Shown here: positions 40,669 to 49,592 of the stretch, in pieces
Layout of the letters: each line of letters begins with the position of its first letter
Numbering within the stretch: the first letter of the stretch is position 1
DNA from: an uncultured Acidobacteriota bacterium
GTDB taxonomy: Bacteria; Acidobacteriota; Thermoanaerobaculia; Gp7-AA8
DNA length: 64,000 nucleotides
Assembly (NCBI GenBank): GCA_963741955.1
Contig: CAVUKB010000010.1
Coordinates: 256,001 to 320,000 of the forward strand
Direction: 5' to 3'
Notes under the pieces: model-generated
The model's input: the letters and a program-made list of their open reading frames with translations, nothing else
Databases searched by the model: none
Told to the model about the DNA's origin: nothing
Program-made: the position numbers and the translations under genes

Positions 40669-41552
40669 GCGCCATCGCAATCGAAAGCCCCAATCCCGAC
40701 GCCCTTCTTCGTGCAGGAAACACCAACTGCGCCGGCTGCGGGATGTCGATCGGTCTGAAGTGGCTCGGAGAAGCGCTGGCCACCGACAGGCCTTACCTCT
40801 CGATCCCGGCCTGCTGCGGCATCGTGACTGCCGGGGCGTTTCCGACCAGCTCCTACGGAGTCCCGACCGCCGCCACGACGTTCGCCAGTGCCCCCGCGGT
40901 GGCGAGTGGCATCACCACCGTCGCGGCGCTGAACGGGGAGAAACATCCGGTGGTGGTCTGGGCCGGCGACGGCGGGACGTACGACATCGGTATCGCCACC
41001 CTCTCGGCGGCCGCCGAGCGCGACGAAGAGATGATCTACATCTGCTACGACAACGAGATCTACGGCAACACCGGAGGTCAGCGCAGCAGCGCGACTCCCG
41101 AAGGCGCGGTGACGACCACCACTCCGAAGGGAAAGAGTGAGCGGAAGAAGGACATCATGGCCATCATGGCCGCGCACCGGATTCCGTATGCCGCGACTCT
41201 GTCGGTCGCCCACCGCGACGACTTCATGCGCAAGATGGAGCTCGCGCGGACGACGAAGGGGTTCCGCTTTCTCCTGATGCTCTCGCCCTGTCCGACCGGA
41301 TGGAAGTCGTCACCCGACGAGAGCGTGGAACTGATCGACACGGCCGTCCGCTCGGGCCTCTTCCCGCTGTACGAAGTCTTCGGAGGAGAACGTTACCGGA
41401 TCAACGCCCGCCCCGACGGAACGCCGGTCGAGGAGTATCTCTCCAGGCAGCGCCGCTACTCCGGTTCGGCGCTGGCGCCCGATCTGGTGCGGGAGAGAAT
41501 CGCCACCCAGTGGGCGTATCTCGAAGCGATGGAGAAGGCGTTCCCGGTGTGA
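40665..41552 (+). CDS. porB: Pyruvate/2-oxoacid:ferredoxin oxidoreductase beta subunit (TPP-binding)
   Basis: CAGCG, AGDGGTYDIG, YDNEIYGNTGGQRS, SPCPTGW. Confidence 0.88.
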   Translation: MSAIAIESPNPDALLRAGNTNCAGCGMSIGLKWLGEALATDRPYLSIPACCGIVTAGAFPTSSYGVPTAATTFASAPAVASGITTVAALNGEKHPVVVWAGDGGTYDIGIATLSAAAERDEEMIYICYDNEIYGNTGGQRSSATPEGAVTTTTPKGKSERKKDIMAIMAAHRIPYAATLSVAHRDDFMRKMELARTTKGFRFLLMLSPCPTGWKSSPDESVELIDTAVRSGLFPLYEVFGGERYRINARPDGTPVEEYLSRQRRYSGSALAPDLVRERIATQWAYLEAMEKAFPV

Positions 41553-41633
41553 GGTGACAGGAGCCTCATCCGGCAGCGATTCTGCATGCCCGCTCACCGG
41601 CTCGCGTGAAACCGAAACCGGAGGAGAGTGAAG

Positions 41634-42029
41634 ATGAGACGAAGTGTCGTTCTGCAGCTGTTCCTGGTCGTGGCTCTCTGTTGCAGCACCACGGCAGCGT
41701 TTGCCCATCACGGTCCCGTCACCATCACCATCGACGAGGCGCAGAAGAAGATGGCGCCGGTGACGTTCCCGCATGGTGAGCATGGCGAGAAGCTCGCGCC
41801 CAGCTGCGACACCTGCCATCACATGAACAAGGGCCTGAAGGCGGGAGACGATCTGTCGAAGGTCAAGAAGTGCTCCGCCTGTCACCTCGATCCGAAGTCG
41901 CCGAACATCCCCAGCATGCGCGAGATGAGCATGACCAAGAATCCCTTTCACATCCGCTGCATCAGCTGCCACAAGGAAAAGGGCGGAGATGCACCGACGA
42001 AGTGCACCGGGTGCCATAAGAAGCAGTGA
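41634..42029 (+). CDS. Tetraheme class III cytochrome c (c3 family)
   Basis: Signal peptide; PVTFPHGEH; CDTCHH, CSACH, CISCH, CTGCH. Confidence 0.9.
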   Translation: MRRSVVLQLFLVVALCCSTTAAFAHHGPVTITIDEAQKKMAPVTFPHGEHGEKLAPSCDTCHHMNKGLKAGDDLSKVKKCSACHLDPKSPNIPSMREMSMTKNPFHIRCISCHKEKGGDAPTKCTGCHKKQ

Positions 42030-42216
42030 GGGAGACGAGAGGCGAGAGACGAGAGGCGAGAGGCGAGGCAGAGGCTCGGGAGTGGGGACTTGGGGTTCGT
42101 GCGCTCGGAACCCGAATCGATATTGCTCACCTGATCCAGCGAGGACTCAGCTCGCCTTTCTCGCCGCTCACATCTCGTCCCTCGCCTTGCCTTGAGCCTC
42201 GACCCTCGAGCTCCCC
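42030..42216. repeat. Heptamer-armed palindrome (GAGRCGA)n / TCTCGYC-type arm
   Basis: Direct inspection. Confidence 0.6.
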
Positions 42217-42339
42217 TCACTCCTTCTCGCGGATCGCGCGTACCAGCTCGTCCTTCTTCATGCTGCTGCGGCCTTCGATATTCAGCTGCGAGGCGCGGTT
42301 GCGAAGCTCGTCGACGGTTCGATCATCGAGGCTGTGGCT
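42217..42339 (-). pseudogene. Orphan Rho-N-terminal-like domain fragment without start codon
   Basis: SHSLDDRTVDELRNRASQLNIEGRSSMKKDELVRAIREKE*; no start codon upstream of the domain before an in-frame TAG at 42457-42459. Confidence 0.6.
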
Positions 42340-42525
42340 CGGGGCTCGGGACTCGAGGCTCGAGGCTCGGGAGACGATGGGCGAGATTCGAGGGATGAGG
42401 GGCGTGAATCGACAGACGAAACGCGAACTCGATCCGTCACACTCGAGCCCTATCCTCTAGCCTCGAGCCTCTAGCCTCTAGCCTCGAGCCTCGAGCCTCG
42501 AGCCTCTAGCCTCTAGCCTCTAGCC
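42336..42525. repeat. Heptamer-armed palindrome (GGCTCGR)n / (GCCTCKA)n
   Basis: Right arm runs into the 3' end of the 42506 CDS. Confidence 0.75.
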
Positions 42526-43432
42526 TCCTCCGTCCCAGCAGCAGATGTGCGACCGAGTGCAGCTCGAGACCGAACGGGAGATATCCGAGGTAGCCGAGCG
42601 CCGGCATCTGGAACAGATACCAGAACTCGACTCCCGGAGTCGTGTAAGTCCAGTAGGGATATGCAAACCAGTTCCACATCTCCCAGAAGAAGCCGCAGGT
42701 CAGCGCGCCGAGTGCGAGCGCGATCGGCGTCGCGTAGTCGCCTTCGCCGAGGTGCTCGAGAAGAGAGCCGCGGTTCGCTCTCCATGCGATCGGATCGACG
42801 AGGAAGAGAAGTGCGAGCCAGGTGAGAGGGTATGCAACGCGAGGGAGGAGGAGGAGAAGCGCCAGCAGGACGATGCCGGTCGTGAACCACGCCCAGCCGG
42901 TCCGAGCGCTGACGCGGAGCGGCGTGCGATGGGCGAAGCGCTCGGTCCAGCGGAACGTCCGCCACAGCTCGCCGGTCTCGAAGACGGCCGGGATCACCGT
43001 GGAGAAGGCGATCGACGCGAGGACGGCGTACGCGAGATCGCTGAAGTATTCGCGTCCGACGTAGTGCCAGTTGCGAGTCCGTAGATTCACCAGCTCGAAG
43101 ATCCACCAGAGTGGGATCGAGGCGATGAAAAGGAGGGCGAAGTACTTTTTCGAGCGGACGAAGATCGAGCTTCCACTGCGGAGGAACACGAGCCCGTCGA
43201 CGGTGAGAATGTATCCGAGCCAGAGAGGGAAGAAGAGCAGGTGCGTCCGGAGTCCCGGAAGGAGCGAGTTGAGCGGCCAGCAGATGGTGACCAGTGCGAG
43301 GCCGGCTCCGAGCTGCAGCGGAAGACGTCGCACGCCGGTTCGCCTCCGGACCCTTTTCGCAGATCGCAGCTCTTCCTCGGCAGCTGGGTTCTCCATGTCA
43401 CTTCCGGAGCTCGGTCGCGTCTCGGGAGTCAC
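42506..43432 (-). CDS. Multi-pass membrane hypothetical protein
   Basis: About 8 TM helices; WWIFELVN..NWHY and FFWEMWN..WTY duplicated motif. Confidence 0.8.
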   Translation of the reverse strand: MTPETRPSSGSDMENPAAEEELRSAKRVRRRTGVRRLPLQLGAGLALVTICWPLNSLLPGLRTHLLFFPLWLGYILTVDGLVFLRSGSSIFVRSKKYFALLFIASIPLWWIFELVNLRTRNWHYVGREYFSDLAYAVLASIAFSTVIPAVFETGELWRTFRWTERFAHRTPLRVSARTGWAWFTTGIVLLALLLLLPRVAYPLTWLALLFLVDPIAWRANRGSLLEHLGEGDYATPIALALGALTCGFFWEMWNWFAYPYWTYTTPGVEFWYLFQMPALGYLGYLPFGLELHSVAHLLLGRRRLEARG

Positions 43433-43974
43433 GCCTCCACGGCACGTTTCAGGTAGGCGCCGAGCTCGTGAATGTCGAACGGTTTGTGGATCACGTCCCG
43501 GATCCGGTCGCGGCAGATCCGCTCATCGGTAATTCTCGAGACGGCCGAAAGCACCACCACTCTCGAAAGGAGCTCGGGCTGGTGGAGCCGGAGGTGCTGG
43601 ATGACGTCGAATCCGCTGATGTTCGGCATCATCAGGTCCAGCAGGATCAGGGCATATCCCCTTCCGTTCACCGTGCTGATCTTCTCGATCGCATCTCCTC
43701 CGTCCGTTGCGACGTCGCATGCGAATCCGGCACGTTCGGCGATCTTCGCGACCAGATTGCGGATCGCAGCGTCATCGTCGACGGCGAGGAGCCGTTTGCG
43801 AGGCTCGGTCGTCCCGGGCTGCGCCGCTCCTCGGTTCTCTTCCGGAACCGCGCTCTCACTCGCCGCCTTCCACGGCTTGGTGACCGTGGGACGCTTCGGC
43901 AGGAGGAAGGTCGGGGACTTCGGGAGCGAGAACCTGGGGCGGCGTGGCCCGCGCGAATCGCCGGACTGGACCAT
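43429..43974 (-). CDS. Single-domain response regulator with N-terminal extension
   Basis: LLAVDDD, LILLDLMMP, VVVLSA, HKPF. Confidence 0.85.
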   Translation of the reverse strand: MVQSGDSRGPRRPRFSLPKSPTFLLPKRPTVTKPWKAASESAVPEENRGAAQPGTTEPRKRLLAVDDDAAIRNLVAKIAERAGFACDVATDGGDAIEKISTVNGRGYALILLDLMMPNISGFDVIQHLRLHQPELLSRVVVLSAVSRITDERICRDRIRDVIHKPFDIHELGAYLKRAVEA

Positions 43975-44070
43975 GGCTGCATTCTATCGCCGATCGCTCC
44001 GCGGGGGAGAGAGCCGGAGACGGCGGGCCCGGGCGGCGGAAATGTGCATGGCCCGGGAGCCGAACGTTAA

Positions 44071-44247
44071 CCCGCATTTCTCACACTATCTCTGCTGCGG
44101 AAACGGATAGCGGCCTGTCTACTACGTTGCGCACATCTTCGGCTCCTCGACATAGTCACCACTATGCCTTCGTCGCCGAAGCTGCGCGCGCCTTGTATCC
44201 AGGCCGTTCTCCGCCCCCTCGCGACGAGACGGTGTGAGAAATGCGGG
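44071..44247. mobile_element. 177-bp MITE, copy 4
   Basis: Same TIRs and length; perfect TTAA direct repeats at 44067-44070 and 44248-44251. Confidence 0.88.
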
Positions 44248-44510
44248 TTAAGGGTCAGGTCTCCATTGATGTCCGAATTGTAATGGAGGACCCCGGTCGG
44301 TCTGCTCGAAATGGATCCTTTTCTGACCCGTTTTCAGCGGCGGACCCGGCACAATCGACAGGTTTGGGGGAATCACTGACCCACGTGACGAGCTGCTTCT
44401 CTTTAGAATCAATGACTTAGGCGATGGCTCACGCGTTGCTGTGACGAGGCGCCGGTCGTGGCGCGCAGGACGCCTCGCGGCCCTATCAAACAACTTAGAG
44501 AGGGGACCCG

Positions 44511-45383
44511 ATGAAAAAGCTTCTGTCTCTGCTGTTCGTCGCCGCGCTGGCGGCTCCGGTTTTTGCTCAGAGCGCTCCTGAGCTCAACACGTCGAATTCG
44601 CACGCGAAGAAGTTCTACATGCGCGGATACGCGAGGCCGGGTGGAGGTGGATCGGCGAATCTGGTCTACCACTCGGGTGGAACGGTCATCCGGAGTGCTC
44701 ACGTGGTCTACATCTTCTGGGGGCCGAGCTTCCAGGGCTCCGACTCCGGGTACGCCGGAGAGCTGCAGAACTTCCGCGATCAGTTCGGAACCACCAAGGA
44801 GTACAACACCGTCACCCAGTACTACGGCGAGGATCCGGTGAGCGGCTACGGCAACATCGGTACGACGAACCTCAAGGGACAGGCCGACTGGTTCGACGCC
44901 AGCAATCCCCCGGTCCCCGTCACCGACAGCGACGTTCAGAACGAGGTGAAGGCGTACGTGGCGCGGTTCGGTGTCGACTACAATACGGTCTACGAGGTGG
45001 TTCTCCCGAGCAGCACCTTCTCCGCGGACGGCCATTCCGGTTCGTGCGGCGCCACTCATCCTTACCGGCTTGCATACTGCGCCTACCACAGCCACTACAG
45101 CGACTCCAGCGGTAACAACGTGAAGTACTCCATCGAGCCGTTTCCGAGCTGCAGTGGTTGCTCCGTCTCCGGCTGGACCGCAGCTCAGAACCAGGAGCAC
45201 TTCATCACTCACGAGACCCGCGAAGCAGTGACCGACGCCCTCGGCAATGCCTGGTTCGACAGCCAGGGATACGAAGCCGACGACAAGTGCGCGTGGAGCC
45301 CCTCCCCCTTCATCGGCACCGGTGGATACGGGTACCAGTACGAGTGGTCCAACGCCGACAGCGGTTGCGTCAAGACCAAGTAA
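44511..45383 (+). CDS. Secreted protein, phosphate-induced protein 1/EXORDIUM-like
   Basis: Signal peptide; LVYHSGG, YCAYH, HETREAVTD, GYEADDKC. Confidence 0.65.
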   Translation: MKKLLSLLFVAALAAPVFAQSAPELNTSNSHAKKFYMRGYARPGGGGSANLVYHSGGTVIRSAHVVYIFWGPSFQGSDSGYAGELQNFRDQFGTTKEYNTVTQYYGEDPVSGYGNIGTTNLKGQADWFDASNPPVPVTDSDVQNEVKAYVARFGVDYNTVYEVVLPSSTFSADGHSGSCGATHPYRLAYCAYHSHYSDSSGNNVKYSIEPFPSCSGCSVSGWTAAQNQEHFITHETREAVTDALGNAWFDSQGYEADDKCAWSPSPFIGTGGYGYQYEWSNADSGCVKTK

Positions 45384-45406
45384 GCGTTCGCGAACCGAAA
45401 CGGGCG

Positions 45407-45439
45407 CGAGCCCCGGAGGCCCTCGGGTTCCGGGGCTCG
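45407..45439 (+). terminator. GC-rich hairpin after the CDS (terminator or stabiliser; no U-tract)
   Basis: CGAGCCCCGGA...TCCGGGGCTCG 11-bp stem. Confidence 0.5.
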
Positions 45440-45450
45440 ACTCGTCTCTG

Positions 45451-46191
45451 GAGCGCATCGAGACGATGGCTCTGGCAGAAGCGGAGCCGTTCATCACACT
45501 CTCCTCGGCGCAAAAGCCCAAAGTGAGGTGAAGAGGGGTGCGGATCCTCCGATCCGCCGCGTGACCCGTGTTCAGAGCGCATCGGGGCGATGCCTTTGGC
45601 AGAAGCGGAGCCACTCCTCGGGCGCTCCTGAGGCGCAAAGCGCAAAGTGAAGTGAAGAGGGGTGCGGATCCTCCGATCCGCCGCGTGACCCGCGTTCAGA
45701 GCGCATCGAGACGATGTCTTTGGCAGAAGCGGAGCCGTTCATCGCGCTCCGTGGCCCAAAGCGCGAAGTGAAGTGAAGAGGGGTGCGGATCCTCCGATCC
45801 GCCGCGTGAACCGCGTTCAGGGCGCATCGAGACGATGCCCCTGGCAGAAGCAGAGCGACTCCTCGCTCTCTCCTGAGGCGCAAAGCGCAAAGTGAAGTGA
45901 AGAGGGGTGCGGATCCTCCGATCCGCCGCGTGACCCGTGTTCAGGGCGCATCGGGGCGATGCCTTTGGCAGAAGCAGAGCGACTCCTCGCTCTCTCCTGA
46001 GGCGCAAAGCGCAAAGTGAAGTGAAGAGGGGTGCGGATCCTCCGATCCGCCGCGTGAACCGCGTTCAGGGCGCATCGGGGCGATGCCCCTGGCAGAAGCA
46101 GAGCGACTCCTCGCTCTCTCCTGAGGCGCAAAGCGCAAAGTGAAGTGAAGAGGGGTGCGGATCCTCCGATCCGCCGCGAAAATCGTGTTCA
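45451..46191 (+). repeat. Six tandem 121-124-bp REP-like units
   Basis: Unit starts 45451, 45575, 45699, 45820, 45944, 46068; hairpins GCATCG-N3-CGATGC and GCGGATC-CTCC-GATCCGC. Confidence 0.92.
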
Positions 46192-46814
46192 GAGCGCATC
46201 GGGGCGATGCCCTTGGCAGAAGCGGAGCCACTCCTAGGGTGACAGAAGCGAAGCCACTCCTCGCACGAATCGATCCTGTGACGAACGCTTCGCGCGTAAT
46301 CAGAGCACCGGGTAACCTCGGCTTCGAGACGATCTGCGCGGCGGATCAGAGGATCCGCACCTCTCGGCGTGATTGACGAAAATCGTGTTCAGAGCGCATC
46401 GGGGCGATGCCCTTGGCAGAAGCGGAGCCACTCCTCGGGTGACAGAAGCGAAGCCGCTCCTCGCGCGAATCGATCCTGTGACGAACGCTTCGCGCGTAAT
46501 CACGGCACCGGCTAGCCTCGGCTTCGAGACGATCTGCGCGGCGGATCAGAGGATCCGCACTCCTCGGCGTGATTGACGTGATCCGCGTTCAGCGCGCATC
46601 GGGGCGATGCCTGTGGCAGAAGCAGAGCCACTCCGCGGGTGACGGAAGCGAAGCCACTCCTCGCACGAATCGATCCTGTGACGAACGCTTCGCGCGTAAT
46701 CACGGCACCGGCTAACCTCGGCTCCGAGACGATCTGCGCGGCGGATGGATCCGCACCCCTCGGCGTGATTGACGTGAATCGCGTTCAGGGCGCTACCGAT
46801 GCCTCTGGGAGAAG
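46192..46814 (+). repeat. Three tandem ~200-bp REP-like units
   Basis: Unit starts 46192, 46392, 46592; share the first module; the REP hairpin is inverted. Confidence 0.9.
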
Positions 46815-47756
46815 CTACGTCCCGTCCTCGGGAAGTACCACATGAAACGTCGTCCCTTCCGCCACACGGCTCTCGACGATGATCTCCCCTCCGTGCCGGG
46901 TCACGATCTGGTGGACGACCGCGAGACCGAGTCCGGTGCCGGACCGCTTGGTCGTGAAGAGCGGCTCGAAGATGCGGGCGAGGTCGCCGGGCTCGATTCC
47001 GAATCCCTGGTCGCGCACCTCCAGGTGCACGAGCTCGTGGGAACGGATCATCAGCCGTTTCGAGACCCAGCGACTGCGAACGCCGGAATGGCACGCCAGG
47101 GTGATCTCTCCGCCCGAGGGCATCGCGTCCTGAGCGTTCAGGATCAGATTCGCGACCACCTGGTGAAGCTGATGCCCGTCGAGTCGCGCCGTGACTTCCT
47201 CCGACCCCGCGTCGATGACGAGGCGGACCCCCTTTCGGAGCCGCGGCCGCATCTCTTCGGTGATCTCCCGCAGGAATTCGCGTATCGCGATCTTCTCGCG
47301 CTGGAGCGGAGCAGGACGCGCGAAGCGGAGAATCTCTCCGGAGATCACCGCTCCTCGATCGAGTGCACGCTCGATCTGCGAGATCGCGCGTTCGAGGGTC
47401 GGGTCTGCATCACAGCGGCGACGGAGGACCTCGACGAACGGCTGGCAGGACATCAGGGTGTTGTTGAACTCGTGGGTGATGGTCGCGGCAAGCGTTCCCA
47501 GGAGCTTCATCCGCTCGTCGCGCTGAACCGTTTCTTCCATGATCCGCGAACGTTCCGCGAAGCGCCGGATCAGGCGGTCGAGGAGTAGGGCGGTGATGGC
47601 GATGAAGAGCCACCCCTTGTACGTCTCGACCAGGAGAAACGTGTGGGCATCGGGGGAGATCCAGCGGGCGGCGGAGTCCGAAAGAAGAATCCAGAGGGCG
47701 CCGAATGCGACGTAAACGACCGCGATCCGCCGGGGAGACTGGAGGACCCTGGTCAT
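46815..47756 (-). CDS. Membrane sensor histidine kinase
   Basis: Two TM helices; THEFNNTL, NLILNAQDAM, DQGFGI, FTTK, GTGLGL. Confidence 0.9.
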   Translation of the reverse strand: MTRVLQSPRRIAVVYVAFGALWILLSDSAARWISPDAHTFLLVETYKGWLFIAITALLLDRLIRRFAERSRIMEETVQRDERMKLLGTLAATITHEFNNTLMSCQPFVEVLRRRCDADPTLERAISQIERALDRGAVISGEILRFARPAPLQREKIAIREFLREITEEMRPRLRKGVRLVIDAGSEEVTARLDGHQLHQVVANLILNAQDAMPSGGEITLACHSGVRSRWVSKRLMIRSHELVHLEVRDQGFGIEPGDLARIFEPLFTTKRSGTGLGLAVVHQIVTRHGGEIIVESRVAEGTTFHVVLPEDGT

Positions 47757-47798
47757 ACTCCGGCCCGGCCCGCCGGCCCCCTCCACCCCGCGAGCGGG

Positions 47799-47831
47799 CG
47801 TGACGGCAACCGGGTTGCGGCTGCCGCCACG
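47799..47831 (-). terminator. 14-bp hairpin downstream of the propeptide gene
   Basis: CGUGGCGGCAGCCG-CAACC-CGGUUGCCGUCACG pairs fully, with G-U, on the minus strand. Confidence 0.5.
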
Positions 47832-47856
47832 TGCTCGAGCCGGCACGGAGGCCGGC

Positions 47857-48084
47857 TTACGGGATCGGAACCGCAATCACATCGCCGCAGATCCGGAGGA
47901 CGGTCACGACCGTCTGCAGGGCGTGCGGCAGCCACGCGCCGATGCCGGGTGCGAATGAGGACGCTCCATCCTGCATCGGCTCCATGATCCGGGCCGCAGC
48001 GAACGTCGCCGGGGTGAGTACGAAGAGATAGAGACTGATCAGCCACGCGAAGACCGTAGTCGACGATTTGAATACACGCTTCAT
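47857..48084 (-). CDS. Small secreted propeptide (candidate signalling peptide precursor)
   Basis: AGAAGGAGGG RBS; 75 aa; Sec-type signal peptide; C-terminal GDVIAVPIP. Confidence 0.7.
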   Translation of the reverse strand: MKRVFKSSTTVFAWLISLYLFVLTPATFAAARIMEPMQDGASSFAPGIGAWLPHALQTVVTVLRICGDVIAVPIP

Positions 48085-48320
48085 GATTCCCTCCTTCTGT
48101 CCGGCTTCTGGCCGGCGGTTGGGAGGGCGCCCTCAACAGGGGAGTTCCTTCAGGAAGGCATTTCGGTACCCAGGGTATGAAAAAAAGTTTTTCGACCGCC
48201 TGGCCTCGGCGGCAGCGGCCGGCCAGAAAGGGCGGAAGGGGGCGGGATGGAGTGGACGAGAAGGGGGGAGCGGTCAGCCCCTGTTCGGAGCTGCAGTGAA
48301 GGTTCAGCGCGGACTTTCAG

Positions 48321-49592
48321 CTAGACGCGGGCCCAGAGACGCTGAGGCTCGTGGTGGAGATGGCTCAGGTCGATCCGGACCTTCTCGACGATCTCGTGGG
48401 AGACCGTCTTGGCGGCGACGGCGTCCCGGAGGAACGCCAGGGCCGCGATGGCCCGGTTGTTCATCCCCGCGGCGGTGAACGTCTCGACGAGTGCGGACGC
48501 GAGTCGCTCCGCTTCGTTCCAGCGGGCAGTGGCGAGGCAGGCTTCGACGATATCGAGCCCGCAGAGGCCGGCTTCCTCGAGCATCCCCGCTTCTTCGAGC
48601 GACTGGCGCACCAGGCCGAGCGAGCCGATCGCGAGCTCGTAATCATTCCGGCGGAGATAGAGCTGCGCGAGTCCCCACCGCGCGCGAAGTTTGTCGGTCA
48701 GATTGCCAGCCTCATCGTATGCCGAGATGGCTCGGACGAAGAGTGACGCGGCCTCGCCGAACTTCCCGATTTCAGCGCTGCACTGGGCGAGATTGCTCAG
48801 AAGGATTCCGACGTGCGCGAGGTCGGGCTCAGTTTCCGCGGCCTCCAGCAATCCCATCCACGTTTGTTGTGCTTTTCCCATGTCGCCGCGCCGGAATGCG
48901 ATGGCGCCCCGGAACATCGCGGCTTCCGTGGCTCGCTTCCGGTCGCCGTAGCGCTGAAAAACGTTCTCGGCCTCGTCGAGGAGTCGCTCCGCCTGGTCGA
49001 GCCGGTCGATCTCCCGAAGAACCACCGCGCGGGCGAAGGCGATGACCGCGAGCCCGTAGTCGCTGGTCACCGTCTCCTCGTAGTACGTCTCTGCGCAATC
49101 GAGCGCGTCGAGCGCGTCGGAGTAGCGGGCGAGGAAACGGAAGGCATGGGACCGGAGTTTCCACGTTTCACCGCGCAACTCGAGCCGGACCAGGTCCGGT
49201 TCACCTTCCGGGAGGTGCTGGATCAGATCGAGTGCGATCTCGGTCTGCCGGAGCGACTCGGATGGAGATTCAGTGAGATTGCGCCGGATCTCGGCGAGGA
49301 GTCCGCGGACGAGTCCCACGCTGCTCCGGTCGCGGTCGAAACGTTCCGGATGCCTCAGCAGATCGCTGAGTGCGACGCGGGCCTCACTCTCTTCCGGGTC
49401 GATCTTCGCCGTGAAACGGGTGAACGCCTCCTGCAGCGCAGCCCTGCGTCGCGCGGTCTGCACCCGCTCCCGGCACGGATCGCACCACTCGACATGCTCG
49501 GGCAGATCCCGGTGGGGAGCCGTCTCCAATCCGTCCAGGATCTCCACGTCGCTGAGATGTTCGATTGTCGTCATTGTCGTTTCACCCGCCAT
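48321..49592 (-). CDS. Soluble zinc-binding anti-sigma (ZAS) domain + TPR-repeat protein
   Basis: HLS...HVEWCDPC (HxxxCxxC); multiple TPR-like helical repeats; no TM; overlaps sigma stop. Confidence 0.82.
   Translation of the reverse strand: MAGETTMTTIEHLSDVEILDGLETAPHRDLPEHVEWCDPCRERVQTARRRAALQEAFTRFTAKIDPEESEARVALSDLLRHPERFDRDRSSVGLVRGLLAEIRRNLTESPSESLRQTEIALDLIQHLPEGEPDLVRLELRGETWKLRSHAFRFLARYSDALDALDCAETYYEETVTSDYGLAVIAFARAVVLREIDRLDQAERLLDEAENVFQRYGDRKRATEAAMFRGAIAFRRGDMGKAQQTWMGLLEAAETEPDLAHVGILLSNLAQCSAEIGKFGEAASLFVRAISAYDEAGNLTDKLRARWGLAQLYLRRNDYELAIGSLGLVRQSLEEAGMLEEAGLCGLDIVEACLATARWNEAERLASALVETFTAAGMNNRAIAALAFLRDAVAAKTVSHEIVEKVRIDLSHLHHEPQRLWARV

Noticed and set aside
44401-44421. 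TTTAGAATCAATGACTTAG as a dif/Xer-like site
   Set aside because: Only a half-site-like resemblance, with no matching partner arm or recombinase nearby
45451-46814. Possible CRISPR array
   Set aside because: Units are near-identical along their whole length, with no unique spacers and no cas genes in the window
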